NCBI GenBank assembly: GCA_963708135.1
Contig: OY970192.1
Location: 5,120,001-5,184,000, forward strand
DNA: 64,000 bases
From: an uncultured Gemmatimonadales bacterium
GTDB lineage: Bacteria > Gemmatimonadota > Gemmatimonadetes > Longimicrobiales > RSA9
Direction: 5' to 3'
The stretch's first letter is position 1, and each line of letters opens with the position of its first letter. Shown in pieces: positions 10,546-20,635 of the stretch. Below the pieces are notes generated by a model. That model did no database searches, was not told the DNA's origin, and worked only from the letters and a program-made list of their open reading frames with translations. The translations under genes were made by a program, and so were the position numbers.

Positions 10546-12399
10546 ATGCCGGAGAAGGATCCCAAGCAGAGTCGACCGAAACCCCGCCGCTGGTCCTCGG
10601 GCAAGGCCAGGCCGCCCGCGGATGGCGACGGCGCGAGCCCGGCGCAGGCGACGGCGCCGCCGCCCGCCCCCGGCGCCGCGACCCGCTCCGCCGACGGCGA
10701 GCCGCCGGACCTCCTCCCCGTCCGCATGCTCAACGAGTTCGTCTACTGTCCTCGGCTCTTCCACCTCATGCACGTCGAGGGGTGGTGGGCGGACAACGTC
10801 TACACGGAGGAAGGCAAGCACGTCCACCGGCGCGTGGACCGCTTCGACGACGTGCTGCCGGCGCCGGAGGCCGCACCGAAGAAGGCGCAAGCGGAGGACG
10901 GCGGGGACGAGCCGCCGGCCGTCAGCCGGTCCGTGAACCTCGGGAGCGAGAGGCTGGGGCTCGTCGCCAAGCTCGACCTGGTCTCGACGGCGGGCGAGGA
11001 AGCGGTTCCGGTCGAGACCAAGCGCGGCCGGGTGCCCTCGAACCCGGAGCGCTCGTGGGAGCCGGAACGCGTTCAGCTCATGGCGCAGGGGCTGCTGCTG
11101 CGCGAGCACGGGTTCCGCTGCGACCACGGCGTGCTCTACTTCGCCGGCTCCCGCACGCGCGTGGACATCGCGTTCACGCCGGAGCTCGAGGCGAGCACCT
11201 TCCACTACCTCGAGCGGGCGCGGGCGGCGGCGCGCAGCACCGTGCTCCCCGACCCGCTGGACGACAGCCCCAAGTGCAACGGCTGCTCCCTCAGCGGGAT
11301 CTGTCTGCCGGACGAGACGCTGGCGCTGCGCGAGGTGCCGGCGGACCCGGCGTCGTCGCCGGAAGGCAACGTACGCCGGCTCTATCCGTCGCGGGCCGGG
11401 TCGCTGCCGCTCTACGTGCAGACGCAGGGCGCACGCGTGGGGAAGCGCGGCGAGGTGGTCGTCGTGCAGAAGCAGGACGAGGAGCTGGGGCGCGTGCGGT
11501 TGAAGGACCTCGATCACCTCGTGCTGTGCGGCAACATCAGCGTCAGCGCGCAGACCGTCCACCTGCTGTGCGACGCCGGGATCCCGATCGTCCACCTCTC
11601 GCGCGGGCACTGGTTCCACGGCATCACGCGCGGGATCACGCTCCGGAACGCCTACGACCGCGCGGCGCAGTTCCAGGCCGCCGCGCGTCCCGAGCGGTGC
11701 CTCGAGTTTGCACGGGCCGTGGTGCTGGCCAAGGCGACGAACCAGCGCACCATGCTCCGCCGCAACGCGACGCCCAGGCCCGATGCCGCGCTCGCGCGCA
11801 TGAAGCGGCTGCTCCGCGACGTCGCCGGCGCGTCCTCCGTGGAGTCGCTGCTCGGGCTCGAGGGCGCCCTGGCCGCGCACTACTTCGAGCACTTCGGCCG
11901 CATGCTCCGGCCGCGCGACTTCGATGCCGAGTGGGACTTCGCGAGCCGCAACCGCCGGCCGCCGCGCGACCCGGTCAACGCGCTGCTCTCCTTCGGCTAC
12001 GCGCTCCTCGCCAAGGAGTGCACGGTGGCCATCATGAGCGAGGGACTCGACCCCTGGTGGGGCCTGTTCCACCAGCCGCGCCATGGCCGCCCCGCGCTGG
12101 CGCTGGACCTCATGGAGGAGTTCCGGCCGCTCGTGGTGGACAGCGCCGTGATCACCGCCGTGAACACCGGCATGGTCACGGCCAGCGACTTCACGACCGG
12201 CGCGTCCGGCTGCGCGCTGCGCGACGGCGCGCGCAAGGCGTTCATCAACGCGTACGAGGCGCGGCTGGACCAGCTCGTCAGCCATCCGACGTTCGGCTAC
12301 CGCTGCTCCTGGCGCGCGATCATCCGCGTCCAGGCCAAGCTCCTCGCACGCTGGCTCCGGGGCGACGTCCCCGATTACGTCGGCGTCGTCACGCGGTGA
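10546..12399 (+). CDS. cas1: Cas4-Cas1 fusion
   Basis: Cas4 part LNEFVYCPRL...VETKRG...QL...PKCNGCSLSGIC. Cas1 part LLGLEGALAAHYF, RNRRPPRDPVNALLSFGY, GLDPWWGLFH and ALDLMEEFRP. Confidence 0.95.
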   Translation: MPEKDPKQSRPKPRRWSSGKARPPADGDGASPAQATAPPPAPGAATRSADGEPPDLLPVRMLNEFVYCPRLFHLMHVEGWWADNVYTEEGKHVHRRVDRFDDVLPAPEAAPKKAQAEDGGDEPPAVSRSVNLGSERLGLVAKLDLVSTAGEEAVPVETKRGRVPSNPERSWEPERVQLMAQGLLLREHGFRCDHGVLYFAGSRTRVDIAFTPELEASTFHYLERARAAARSTVLPDPLDDSPKCNGCSLSGICLPDETLALREVPADPASSPEGNVRRLYPSRAGSLPLYVQTQGARVGKRGEVVVVQKQDEELGRVRLKDLDHLVLCGNISVSAQTVHLLCDAGIPIVHLSRGHWFHGITRGITLRNAYDRAAQFQAAARPERCLEFARAVVLAKATNQRTMLRRNATPRPDAALARMKRLLRDVAGASSVESLLGLEGALAAHYFEHFGRMLRPRDFDAEWDFASRNRRPPRDPVNALLSFGYALLAKECTVAIMSEGLDPWWGLFHQPRHGRPALALDLMEEFRPLVVDSAVITAVNTGMVTASDFTTGASGCALRDGARKAFINAYEARLDQLVSHPTFGYRCSWRAIIRVQAKLLARWLRGDVPDYVGVVTR

Positions 12400-12406
12400 G
12401 GCCGCC

Positions 12407-12697
12407 ATGCCACGTCGCCATTATCTGGTCACCTACGACATCTCGGACGACAAGCGCCGCGACCGCGTCTTCAACACCTTGCACGGCTTCGGCAATCACG
12501 TACAATATTCGGTGTTCCTGTGCGAGCTGGACGCGCAGGACCTGGTGCGGCTTCGGGGACGCCTCGCCGGCGAGGTGAACCACCACGAGGACCAGGTGCT
12601 GGTGCTCGACCTCGGCCGCTCGATCCACCCGCTCGAGCAGATCATCGACTCGATCGGCCGCGCGCTCGATGTCCGGCCCCCCGCGCTCGTGGTGTGA
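12407..12697 (+). CDS. cas2: Cas2
   Basis: YLVTYDISDDKRR...FGNHVQYSVFLCEL. Confidence 0.95.
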   Translation: MPRRHYLVTYDISDDKRRDRVFNTLHGFGNHVQYSVFLCELDAQDLVRLRGRLAGEVNHHEDQVLVLDLGRSIHPLEQIIDSIGRALDVRPPALVV

Positions 12698-12885
12698 GCC
12701 GGTCCGGCCCCTCGTGCGAGCGGCCCCGTTGTTTGAAAATCCGGGTAACCGCTCGAAGGTGTTGTCCCATGCGACGTTCCACGCTCCTCGAACCCGGTGC
12801 GCCGACCGCTTCCCGCGCCGATCCGAGGGCCCACTCGCTTTCGGGCCCGCAGGTCGGCTCGTGGCAGCAGGTTGGAACCACCGGC
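12698..12885 (+). promoter_or_regulatory. CRISPR leader
   Basis: Non-coding gap between cas2 and repeat 1. The degenerate repeats are at the opposite end of the array. Confidence 0.7.
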
Positions 12886-15794
12886 ATCTCCGCGCTCTTC
12901 GGGGCGCGGCCTCATTGAAGCGGCGCCGGACCCCGGAGCCCCATGGGCCGCCCTCCTATCTCCGCGCTCTTCGGGGCGCGGCCTCATTGAAGCACAGACA
13001 GTTGGAAGCGCCGGCGTCAATAAGACGACATCTCCGCGCTCTTCGGGGCGCGGCCTCATTGAAGCTGAGCTTCCCTGCACTCGACCAGGTCGAGACCGTG
13101 ATCATCTCCGCGCTCTTCGGGGCGCGGCCTCATTGAAGCCCGACATCCGCGACCTGATGGCGTGGGACGAGCGCAAGAATCTCCGCGCTCTTCGGGGCGC
13201 GGCCTCATTGAAGCGCGGCCTCAGTCATAGGCCATCGCCTCCCGCGCAGCGCTATCTCCGCGCTCTTCGGGGCGCGGCCTCATTGAAGCCAGCGTACGTC
13301 GAAGCGGCAAACGCGACGGCTTTGCGATCTCCGCGCTCTTCGGGGCGCGGCCTCATTGAAGCACGCAGGCCGAAGTCGATGCGCTGGTGGCGGCCGAGAT
13401 CTCCGCGCTCTTCGGGGCGCGGCCTCATTGAAGCGAGGCGGGCGAAGGCGCCCAGCACGGCGCGTCCGATCATCTCCGCGCTCTTCGGGGCGCGGCCTCA
13501 TTGAAGCGCGGCCGGGGTCGGGTCTACTCGTCCTTTTTGGCCAATCTCCGCGCTCTTCGGGGCGCGGCCTCATTGAAGCGTACGGCGAGACGCCGAGGTC
13601 GGGATCGACGTGACGACATCTCCGCGCTCTTCGGGGCGCGGCCTCATTGAAGCTCGGCAATCGACAGCGTTTTCGCGTTGACCTGCACCCCATCTCCGCG
13701 CTCTTCGGGGCGCGGCCTCATTGAAGCGCGGCGAAAGCGAGGACACGAAGACGTTCACGCAGATCTCCGCGCTCTTCGGGGCGCGGCCTCATTGAAGCAG
13801 CCAGCCACGCCCGCATGGCAGGCGCGGACCTGTTCATCTCCGCGCTCTTCGGGGCGCGGCCTCATTGAAGCGATCTCGTGCCCCGTGTGGGCGCGGAATT
13901 TCGCCACCAATCTCCGCGCTCTTCGGGGCGCGGCCTCATTGAAGCAACATCAGCCAAACGTAAGGGCGCTGGGGTCGGGCGATCTCCGCGCTCTTCGGGG
14001 CGCGGCCTCATTGAAGCATCCCGGCCAGCGCCAGCATCGAGCGGACCCGCCGCCCATCTCCGCGCTCTTCGGGGCGCGGCCTCATTGAAGCCCCGATTGC
14101 AGCGTTCGGCCCGCCGTGCGCAACATTCGGATCTCCGCGCTCTTCGGGGCGCGGCCTCATTGAAGCTAGACCCGGTGGTGGTCCGGCTGACCCTCCCACT
14201 CGGATCTCCGCGCTCTTCGGGGCGCGGCCTCATTGAAGCACATGGAGAAGGCGGGCAAGCGGGCGCAGAAGCTCATCTCCGCGCTCTTCGGGGCGCGGCC
14301 TCATTGAAGCTACCTGCTCGCGACGATTGAGGTACTCGATGCCACACCATCTCCGCGCTCTTCGGGGCGCGGCCTCATTGAAGCTCACCGGACACCGTCC
14401 TGCCGCAGCCGCGCCCCCGCCCATCTCCGCGCTCTTCGGGGCGCGGCCTCATTGAAGCGCGTACACCGTCTGGGACCCGGCCGCCCCGGCGAGCATCTCC
14501 GCGCTCTTCGGGGCGCGGCCTCATTGAAGCCACGCCTCCAGAGCGGCGTCGAGGGTCTGTCGTTATCTCCGCGCTCTTCGGGGCGCGGCCTCATTGAAGC
14601 GTGCTGATCCTGAGCGAGGAGGCGTAGCAATGGTGAGATCTCCGCGCTCTTCGGGGCGCGGCCTCATTGAAGCGGGCCGAGCACGAGCGCGCTCTGCACC
14701 GGTTGGCCGATCTCCGCGCTCTTCGGGGCGCGGCCTCATTGAAGCTCATGATGGCCTCCCGGGCAAGACGGGGATGTAGCATCTCCGCGCTCTTCGGGGC
14801 GCGGCCTCATTGAAGCTCATAGGTCTTGATCCTGAGCTTGATCTTGGCGCGCATCTCCGCGCTCTTCGGGGCGCGGCCTCATTGAAGCGCCGGCGCCCGC
14901 GGCGTGCTCATCGACGAGGTGGGTGATCTCCGCGCTCTTCGGGGCGCGGCCTCATTGAAGCCTCGCTCTCGAGACGCGCTACGCGCCGCTCGGCCAATCT
15001 CCGCGCTCTTCGGGGCGCGGCCTCATTGAAGCTCGAGCGCCGGACGACCGTCACCCCTCCACCGGCGACATCTCCGCGCTCTTCGGGGCGCGGCCTCATT
15101 GAAGCGACGTCGCCGTATCGCTCGCGTTCGGTGCGTACCTGCATCTCCGCGCTCTTCGGGGCGCGGCCTCATTGAAGCACGAGGGCCGCAACGGCATAGA
15201 TGCCGCGGAGAGCGCGATCTCCGCGCTCTTCGGGGCGCGGCCTCATTGAAGCCATTAGTAAATCCTGTCGAGAACGCTGTAACGCTAGATCTCCGCGCTC
15301 TTCGGGGCGCGGCCTCATTGAAGCCGGTCACGCGCAAGCGCCCGGTCCAGGCCGACAACGCATCTCCGCGCTCTTCGGGGCGCGGCCTCATTGAAGCAGC
15401 CGTCGCCAACATCGAGAGCGGCAGGCAGCGGGTGATCTCCGCGCTCTTCGGGGCGCGGCCTCATTGAAGCATCTCGACGGCGCCCGGCCCCTCATGGGGC
15501 TCCATCAATCTCCGCGCTCTTCGGGGCGCGGCCTCATTGAAGCCTCGCCTCTCCGCAGCCCTCGACCAGTTCGGGGCGATCTCCGCGCTCTTCGGGGCGC
15601 GGCCTCATTGAAGCCGACACGATCGAGACGGCTGCGGCCGGGCGCTTCAATCTCCGCGCTCTTCGGGGCGCGGCCTCATTGAAGCAAGTAGGTGAGAAAG
15701 TTGGAACAGACGAGATGCAGTCATCTCCGCGCTCTTCGGGGCGCGGCCTCATTGAAGCGATGCACAAATTCTAGTACTAATACATATCAATATT

Positions 15795-17120
15795 CAGTAG
15801 TGTCCCGTCATAAGTCAAAGAGCTGCAACTGGTTACGAATATCGGCGTCTGTGGCAGCGTAGCCGGGTGTCGCAAGTACCTGTGGGAGCGAGACTTGCTC
15901 GAACGGACAGACGCTCAGGATCTGGAGCAAAGTGTAGAGGTCGCGCTGGATGTGCAGCCGTTTTCTCACGATTGCGACGAGCACGTACACACTGATCGCG
16001 ATCCAGATTTGCGTCCGCACGGCGTTGGGGCTCGTTCCATAGAAGCGCTTGATCCGCAGGTGCTGCTTGATCCACTTGAAGAAGAGCTCGATTTGCCAGC
16101 GGCACCGGTACAGGCCGGCGACTGTGGCCGCCGGGAGGAGGAAATCGTTGGTCAGTAGCACGACCTCGTTGCCGGTGTCGGGATCCCGCGAGCGGATGCG
16201 GCGGAGCTTGTCCGGGTAGGCCTGAGCCGAGCGCTGGACCGTCAGGCGGATCGTCTGATCGCAGCGGAGTGCGGTGGTCCGGTCCACGGGATGCGAGTAG
16301 AGCCGGCGGAACTGGAGGTTGGCCTTCGCGCGCACGATAAACGTCGTACGGGCGCGGTGTAAGCGGTGAAGCCGTCCGAAGTCGATGTAGCCGCGGTCCA
16401 TGATGTAGATGGCACCCGGTTCGGGCACGAGCACGTCGAGAATGCGCACGTCGTGCGTCTTCGCGTCCGTAATCCAAGCGTACGAGGGAATGCTGCCGGC
16501 CAGCTGCAGTAGGGTGTGCAGCTTGACGCCCGCCTTCGTGGTGCGGAAGTGCGCCCAAGGGAAGAGCGAGAGAGCCAGATCGATCGTCGTGGCATCGAGC
16601 GCGTAGGCGGTCCGGTCGAGCTCGAGGCCGATCGGTTCGTCCACGTAGAGCTGGCAAGCGCTCGAGATGAGGGGCTGAGCGAAATCGGCGTAGATCCGCC
16701 AGTCGCGCTTCTCGTTCGCCACCGCCAGGGTGTTTCGGGCCACACCGCCGCCGAGGCCCATGTGGTACAACTTGTCGGGCACGGCGCGGAAGCATGCTTC
16801 GATGTCGCGCAGGCTTTCGCGGTAGGTGAGCTGAGCGAAGGCCATGCAGAGGTACTGGTGCCAGCACGTGAAGCTGCGCACCCGTCGATCGCCGTGGTAG
16901 CGCCGGACGGCGCGGCGGAAGGTGTGCCGCGGCAGGTGAGCCATGAGCTGAGCGAAGACGGTCGGTCCGGTGTACATCGGCCACTCCCGGAGTGCAGGGA
17001 AGCGGCACGATGGACCGGGCAGAACGCGCGCTCAAGTCCGTGACACCTGCGAACGTGGCGCAAGCCATTGGTGTTCAGGCACTTGCAGCATCAGAAACAT
17101 CCGTTAACGGGACAGTAGTG
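15795..17120 (-). mobile_element. IS4-family element 1 within the CRISPR array
   Basis: 9-bp TSD ATCAATATT (15786-15794, 17121-17129). IRs CAGTAGTGTCCCGT / CACTACTGTCCCGT. Confidence 0.93.
15808..16977 (-). CDS. IS4-family transposase (DUF4372-type N-terminus)
   Basis: MAFAQLTYRESLRDIE, ALDATTIDL, GVKLHTLL, MDRGYIDF and YRCRWQIELFFKWIKQHL. Confidence 0.95.
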   Translation of the reverse strand: MYTGPTVFAQLMAHLPRHTFRRAVRRYHGDRRVRSFTCWHQYLCMAFAQLTYRESLRDIEACFRAVPDKLYHMGLGGGVARNTLAVANEKRDWRIYADFAQPLISSACQLYVDEPIGLELDRTAYALDATTIDLALSLFPWAHFRTTKAGVKLHTLLQLAGSIPSYAWITDAKTHDVRILDVLVPEPGAIYIMDRGYIDFGRLHRLHRARTTFIVRAKANLQFRRLYSHPVDRTTALRCDQTIRLTVQRSAQAYPDKLRRIRSRDPDTGNEVVLLTNDFLLPAATVAGLYRCRWQIELFFKWIKQHLRIKRFYGTSPNAVRTQIWIAISVYVLVAIVRKRLHIQRDLYTLLQILSVCPFEQVSLPQVLATPGYAATDADIRNQLQLFDL

Positions 17121-18382
17121 ATCAATATTATCTCCGCGCTCTTCGGGGCGCGGCCTCATTGAAGCAATATCGGACCTGCTGGTCAGTGGAGAGGAGCACA
17201 AGCATCTCCGCGCTCTTCGGGGCGCGGCCTCATTGAAGCTGGCGTTTTGGCGATACGCCACATCGGGCGTGGTGTGATCTCCGCGCTCTTCGGGGCGCGG
17301 CCTCATTGAAGCTCCAGAAGCCAGCCCGAAGATTACCTCCACGCGCACCATCTCCGCGCTCTTCGGGGCGCGGCCTCATTGAAGCGTCTCGCACCGGCTC
17401 GCTGCCGAGCCCGGCGAAGGTGATCTCCGCGCTCTTCGGGGCGCGGCCTCATTGAAGCCCCTGGCCAGGCTGACGGGCGGCCGGGATCCGTCGGATCTCC
17501 GCGCTCTTCGGGGCGCGGCCTCATTGAAGCCCCCATCGTCCAGACATGATCCGTGACGCCGGCCGCATCTCCGCGCTCTTCGGGGCGCGGCCTCATTGAA
17601 GCCACCAGTTCTTGAGCAGAACGAGGCGTGCTGCTGGGTCATCTCCGCGCTCTTCGGGGCGCGGCCTCATTGAAGCGAGGAGGTATTCGGGATCCAGGCC
17701 GAACCGCTACCCATCTCCGCGCTCTTCGGGGCGCGGCCTCATTGAAGCATGTCAGGGTCGTAGCCGACGCTGATGTTCTTCCGAATCTCCGCGCTCTTCG
17801 GGGCGCGGCCTCATTGAAGCCTCCCGCTCGACGGCGTGCTGCACTTCCTGCTCTGGCATCTCCGCGCTCTTCGGGGCGCGGCCTCATTGAAGCCGCGCGA
17901 TGCCGGTGGACCCGGCCACGGGCGCCTACAATCTCCGCGCTCTTCGGGGCGCGGCCTCATTGAAGCGGCGCCGTCATCCAGCTCGTCTACGGGTTCGCGA
18001 TCGCGATCTCCGCGCTCTTCGGGGCGCGGCCTCATTGAAGCCCGAGTGGGCATGCGCTCACGTTCGGGCTATACGCCATCTCCGCGCTCTTCGGGGCGCG
18101 GCCTCATTGAAGCGTGATCGGGCACCCGCACTTCGCGCAGATGTCCACGCCATCTCCGCGCTCTTCGGGGCGCGGCCTCATTGAAGCCCGCTGAGGCGGA
18201 AGCGGGCGTTGTGTGGCACGCCGTTATCTCCGCGCTCTTCGGGGCGCGGCCTCATTGAAGCCAGCCGGCCGGTGGGGATTGGTCGAGCCCGGAGACGCAG
18301 ATCTCCGCGCTCTTCGGGGCGCGGCCTCATTGAAGCCGCGAAGGTCCCGCCGCTTGATCGACCTGGATTTCACATCTCCGCG

Positions 18383-19704
18383 CAGTAGTGTCCGGTTATA
18401 AGTTGAAGAGCGACAACTGGTTACGATCGGAGGGGACTTCGGGGGTGTAGGCCGAACGCGTAAGTACTTGTGCGAGAGGGGCTTTCTCGAACGCATAGAC
18501 GCTCAGGATCTGTAGAATTGTGTAGAGTTCGCGCTCGATCCGGAGCCGCTTGCGGACGATCGCGACGAGGACGTAAACGCTGATCGCGATCCAGATCTGC
18601 GTGCGCACAGCGTTCGCGCTCGTGCCGAAGAAGCGCTTGATCCTGAGGTGCTGCTTGATCCATTTGAAGAAGAGCTCGATCTGCCACCGCAGGCGGTAGA
18701 GCTCGGCCACGGTAACGGCGGGCAGCGCGACGTCGTTGGTCAGAAGGACGAGGTCCTGCCCGGACCCTGCGTCCTTGAAACGCACGCGGCGAAGCCGGTC
18801 GGGATAGGCCCTGGCAGACGGGGGCAGCGCAAGGCGGATGATCTGATCACAGAAGACGCCGGTGGTGCGATCGACGGGTCCTGAGGAGAGCCGGTTGAAC
18901 TTGAGGTTTGCCTTGGCGCGAACGACGAAGGTGGCCCGGTGCTGATCGAGTCGGTAGAGGCGGGCGAAGTTAACGTAGCCGCGGTCCAGGACGTAGATCG
19001 ATCCGGGCTCCGGGATGAGCGCATCGAGGATGCGCACATCGTGGGTGCTCGCGTCCGTGATCCAGGCGTAGGCGGGGATCCTGCCTGCCAAGTCGAGCAG
19101 TGTATGCAGCTTCACGCCGCCTTTGCTCGTACGAAACGAGGCCCAGGGGAACAGCGACAAACACAGGTCGATCGTGGTGGAATCCAGCGCGTAGACGGTG
19201 TTCGTGAGCTCGATCCCCAACGTGTCGTCGGCGTAGAGCCGACGCGCGTCTGCGATCAGGCGTTGAGCGAAATCGGCGTAGATGCGCCAGTCGCGATTCT
19301 CGTTCGCATCGGCGAGCGTGCTGCGAGAGAGCGGCGAACGGAAGCCAAGATGGTACAGCTTCTCGGGGGCCGCCCCGAGGGTGGCCTCGAGGTCCCGCAG
19401 GCTCTCCCGGTAGGTGAGCTGGGCAAAGGCCATGGCGAGGAACTGGTCCCGACACGAGAAACGTCGGACCCTCCGGTTGCCGTGGTAGCGGCGGATGCAC
19501 CGATCGAGCGCGAAGCGAGATGCGTGGGCCATCACCTGTGAGAAAACCGTGCTTCCGGGATTCATGCGCCACTCCGGCCGGGGGGTCCGGGCAGGATAGC
19601 GGCGCAGCAGCGAAGTTCAAATCGGTGCGGCAACCAAAACGTCGTAACGCACCACGTAGCAATCCGTTACGGCATCATCATCTCAGCTTAACCGGACAGT
19701 ACTG
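18383..19704 (-). mobile_element. IS4-family element 2 within the CRISPR array
   Basis: 9-bp TSD ATCTCCGCG, the first 9 nt of the repeat (18374-18382, 19705-19713). IRs CAGTAGTGTCCGGTTA / CAGTACTGTCCGGTTA. Confidence 0.93.
18396..19565 (-). CDS. IS4-family transposase, homologous to but divergent from element 1
   Basis: Same motifs (ALDSTTIDL, LDRGYVNF, YRLRWQIELFFKWIKQHL) with many substitutions. Confidence 0.95.
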   Translation of the reverse strand: MNPGSTVFSQVMAHASRFALDRCIRRYHGNRRVRRFSCRDQFLAMAFAQLTYRESLRDLEATLGAAPEKLYHLGFRSPLSRSTLADANENRDWRIYADFAQRLIADARRLYADDTLGIELTNTVYALDSTTIDLCLSLFPWASFRTSKGGVKLHTLLDLAGRIPAYAWITDASTHDVRILDALIPEPGSIYVLDRGYVNFARLYRLDQHRATFVVRAKANLKFNRLSSGPVDRTTGVFCDQIIRLALPPSARAYPDRLRRVRFKDAGSGQDLVLLTNDVALPAVTVAELYRLRWQIELFFKWIKQHLRIKRFFGTSANAVRTQIWIAISVYVLVAIVRKRLRIERELYTILQILSVYAFEKAPLAQVLTRSAYTPEVPSDRNQLSLFNL

Positions 19705-20635
19705 ATCTCCGCGCTCTTCGGGGCGCGGCCTCATTGAAGCCTCTTCATAGATAAATACTACTCTTGAAGCAAAGCCAATCTCCGCGCTCTTCGGGGCGCG
19801 GCCTCATTGAAGCAAGAACTGCCACGTCTGCCATGCGGGAGCACGATTCGAATCTCCGCGCTCTTCGGGGCGCGGCCTCATTGAAGCTGGTCGAGCCCGA
19901 GGGCCGACACGGGGGTGATCGTGTCATCTCCGCGCTCTTCGGGGCGCGGCCTCATTGAAGCAGGTCGAGGTCGGGCCCGCCGGCGAGCAGCGCTTCCGCG
20001 ATCTCCGCGCTCTTCGGGGCGCGGCCTCATTGAAGCGGAACAGGCAGCGCCTAGCCGCGGACCGGGTCGTCCATCTCCGCGCTCTTCGGGGCGCGGCCTC
20101 ATTGAAGCCTTGTACACCCGGACTCCTCGCGGCCCGGTCAGCTGATCTCCGCGCTCTTCGGGGCGCGGCCTCATTGAAGCAACGTGAACTTCGCCTCGAT
20201 GATCTTCCTCCGGCTGATCTCCGCGCTCTTCGGGGCGCGGCCTCATTGAAGCCCGAACACGAACGTGATGTTGCCGGCGTTGCTCAGATCATCTCCGCGC
20301 TCTTCGGGGCGCGGCCTCATTGAAGCCTGCACCTGCTGGAGTCTGAGCACCTCCGCCGAGTCTATCTCCGCGCTCTTCGGGGCGCGGCCTCATTGAAGCT
20401 CGGCATGTGCCTCAGCGGCCAGCCGCCGGCCTCATTGAAGCCTTCCCCTTTCTTGTTACCGCGTAAACAAAATTGCCGGGGCTCCGCGCTCTTCGGGGCG
20501 CGGCCTGTCGTTGGCGATTGAAAATGTCCCACCTCGGAACGGGGACGAGCCTGAGGGCGTTTTCGCGGCGGCCTTGGGAAGGCCTTGCCGGCTCGTTCCA
20601 CCCGCCCGGCACGCCGCCTGCGCCCGCCTCGCCCC

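Larger units (their letters stand above)
12886..20514 (+). CRISPR. CRISPR array, repeat ATCTCCGCGCTCTTCGGGGCGCGGCCTCATTGAAGC (36 bp), split into three blocks by two IS4 elements
   Basis: Counted by eye: 40 repeats at 12886-15758, 17 at 17130-18336 and 10 at 19705-20399. A 3'-half repeat follows at 20427-20441 and a degenerate terminal repeat at ~20479-20514. Spacers are ~34-39 bp. Confidence 0.98.

Noticed and set aside
1008..20514. CRISPR-associated transposon (CAST)
   Set aside because: No TnsA/B/C or TniQ is present. The transposases are self-contained IS elements with their own IRs and TSDs that disrupt the locus.
12886..20514. Self-targeting spacers within the window
   Set aside because: Only 11-12-bp chance matches were noticed by eye (e.g. 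CTTGATCCTGAG to IS4, CACCTGCTGGA to vapC). A proper alignment is needed.
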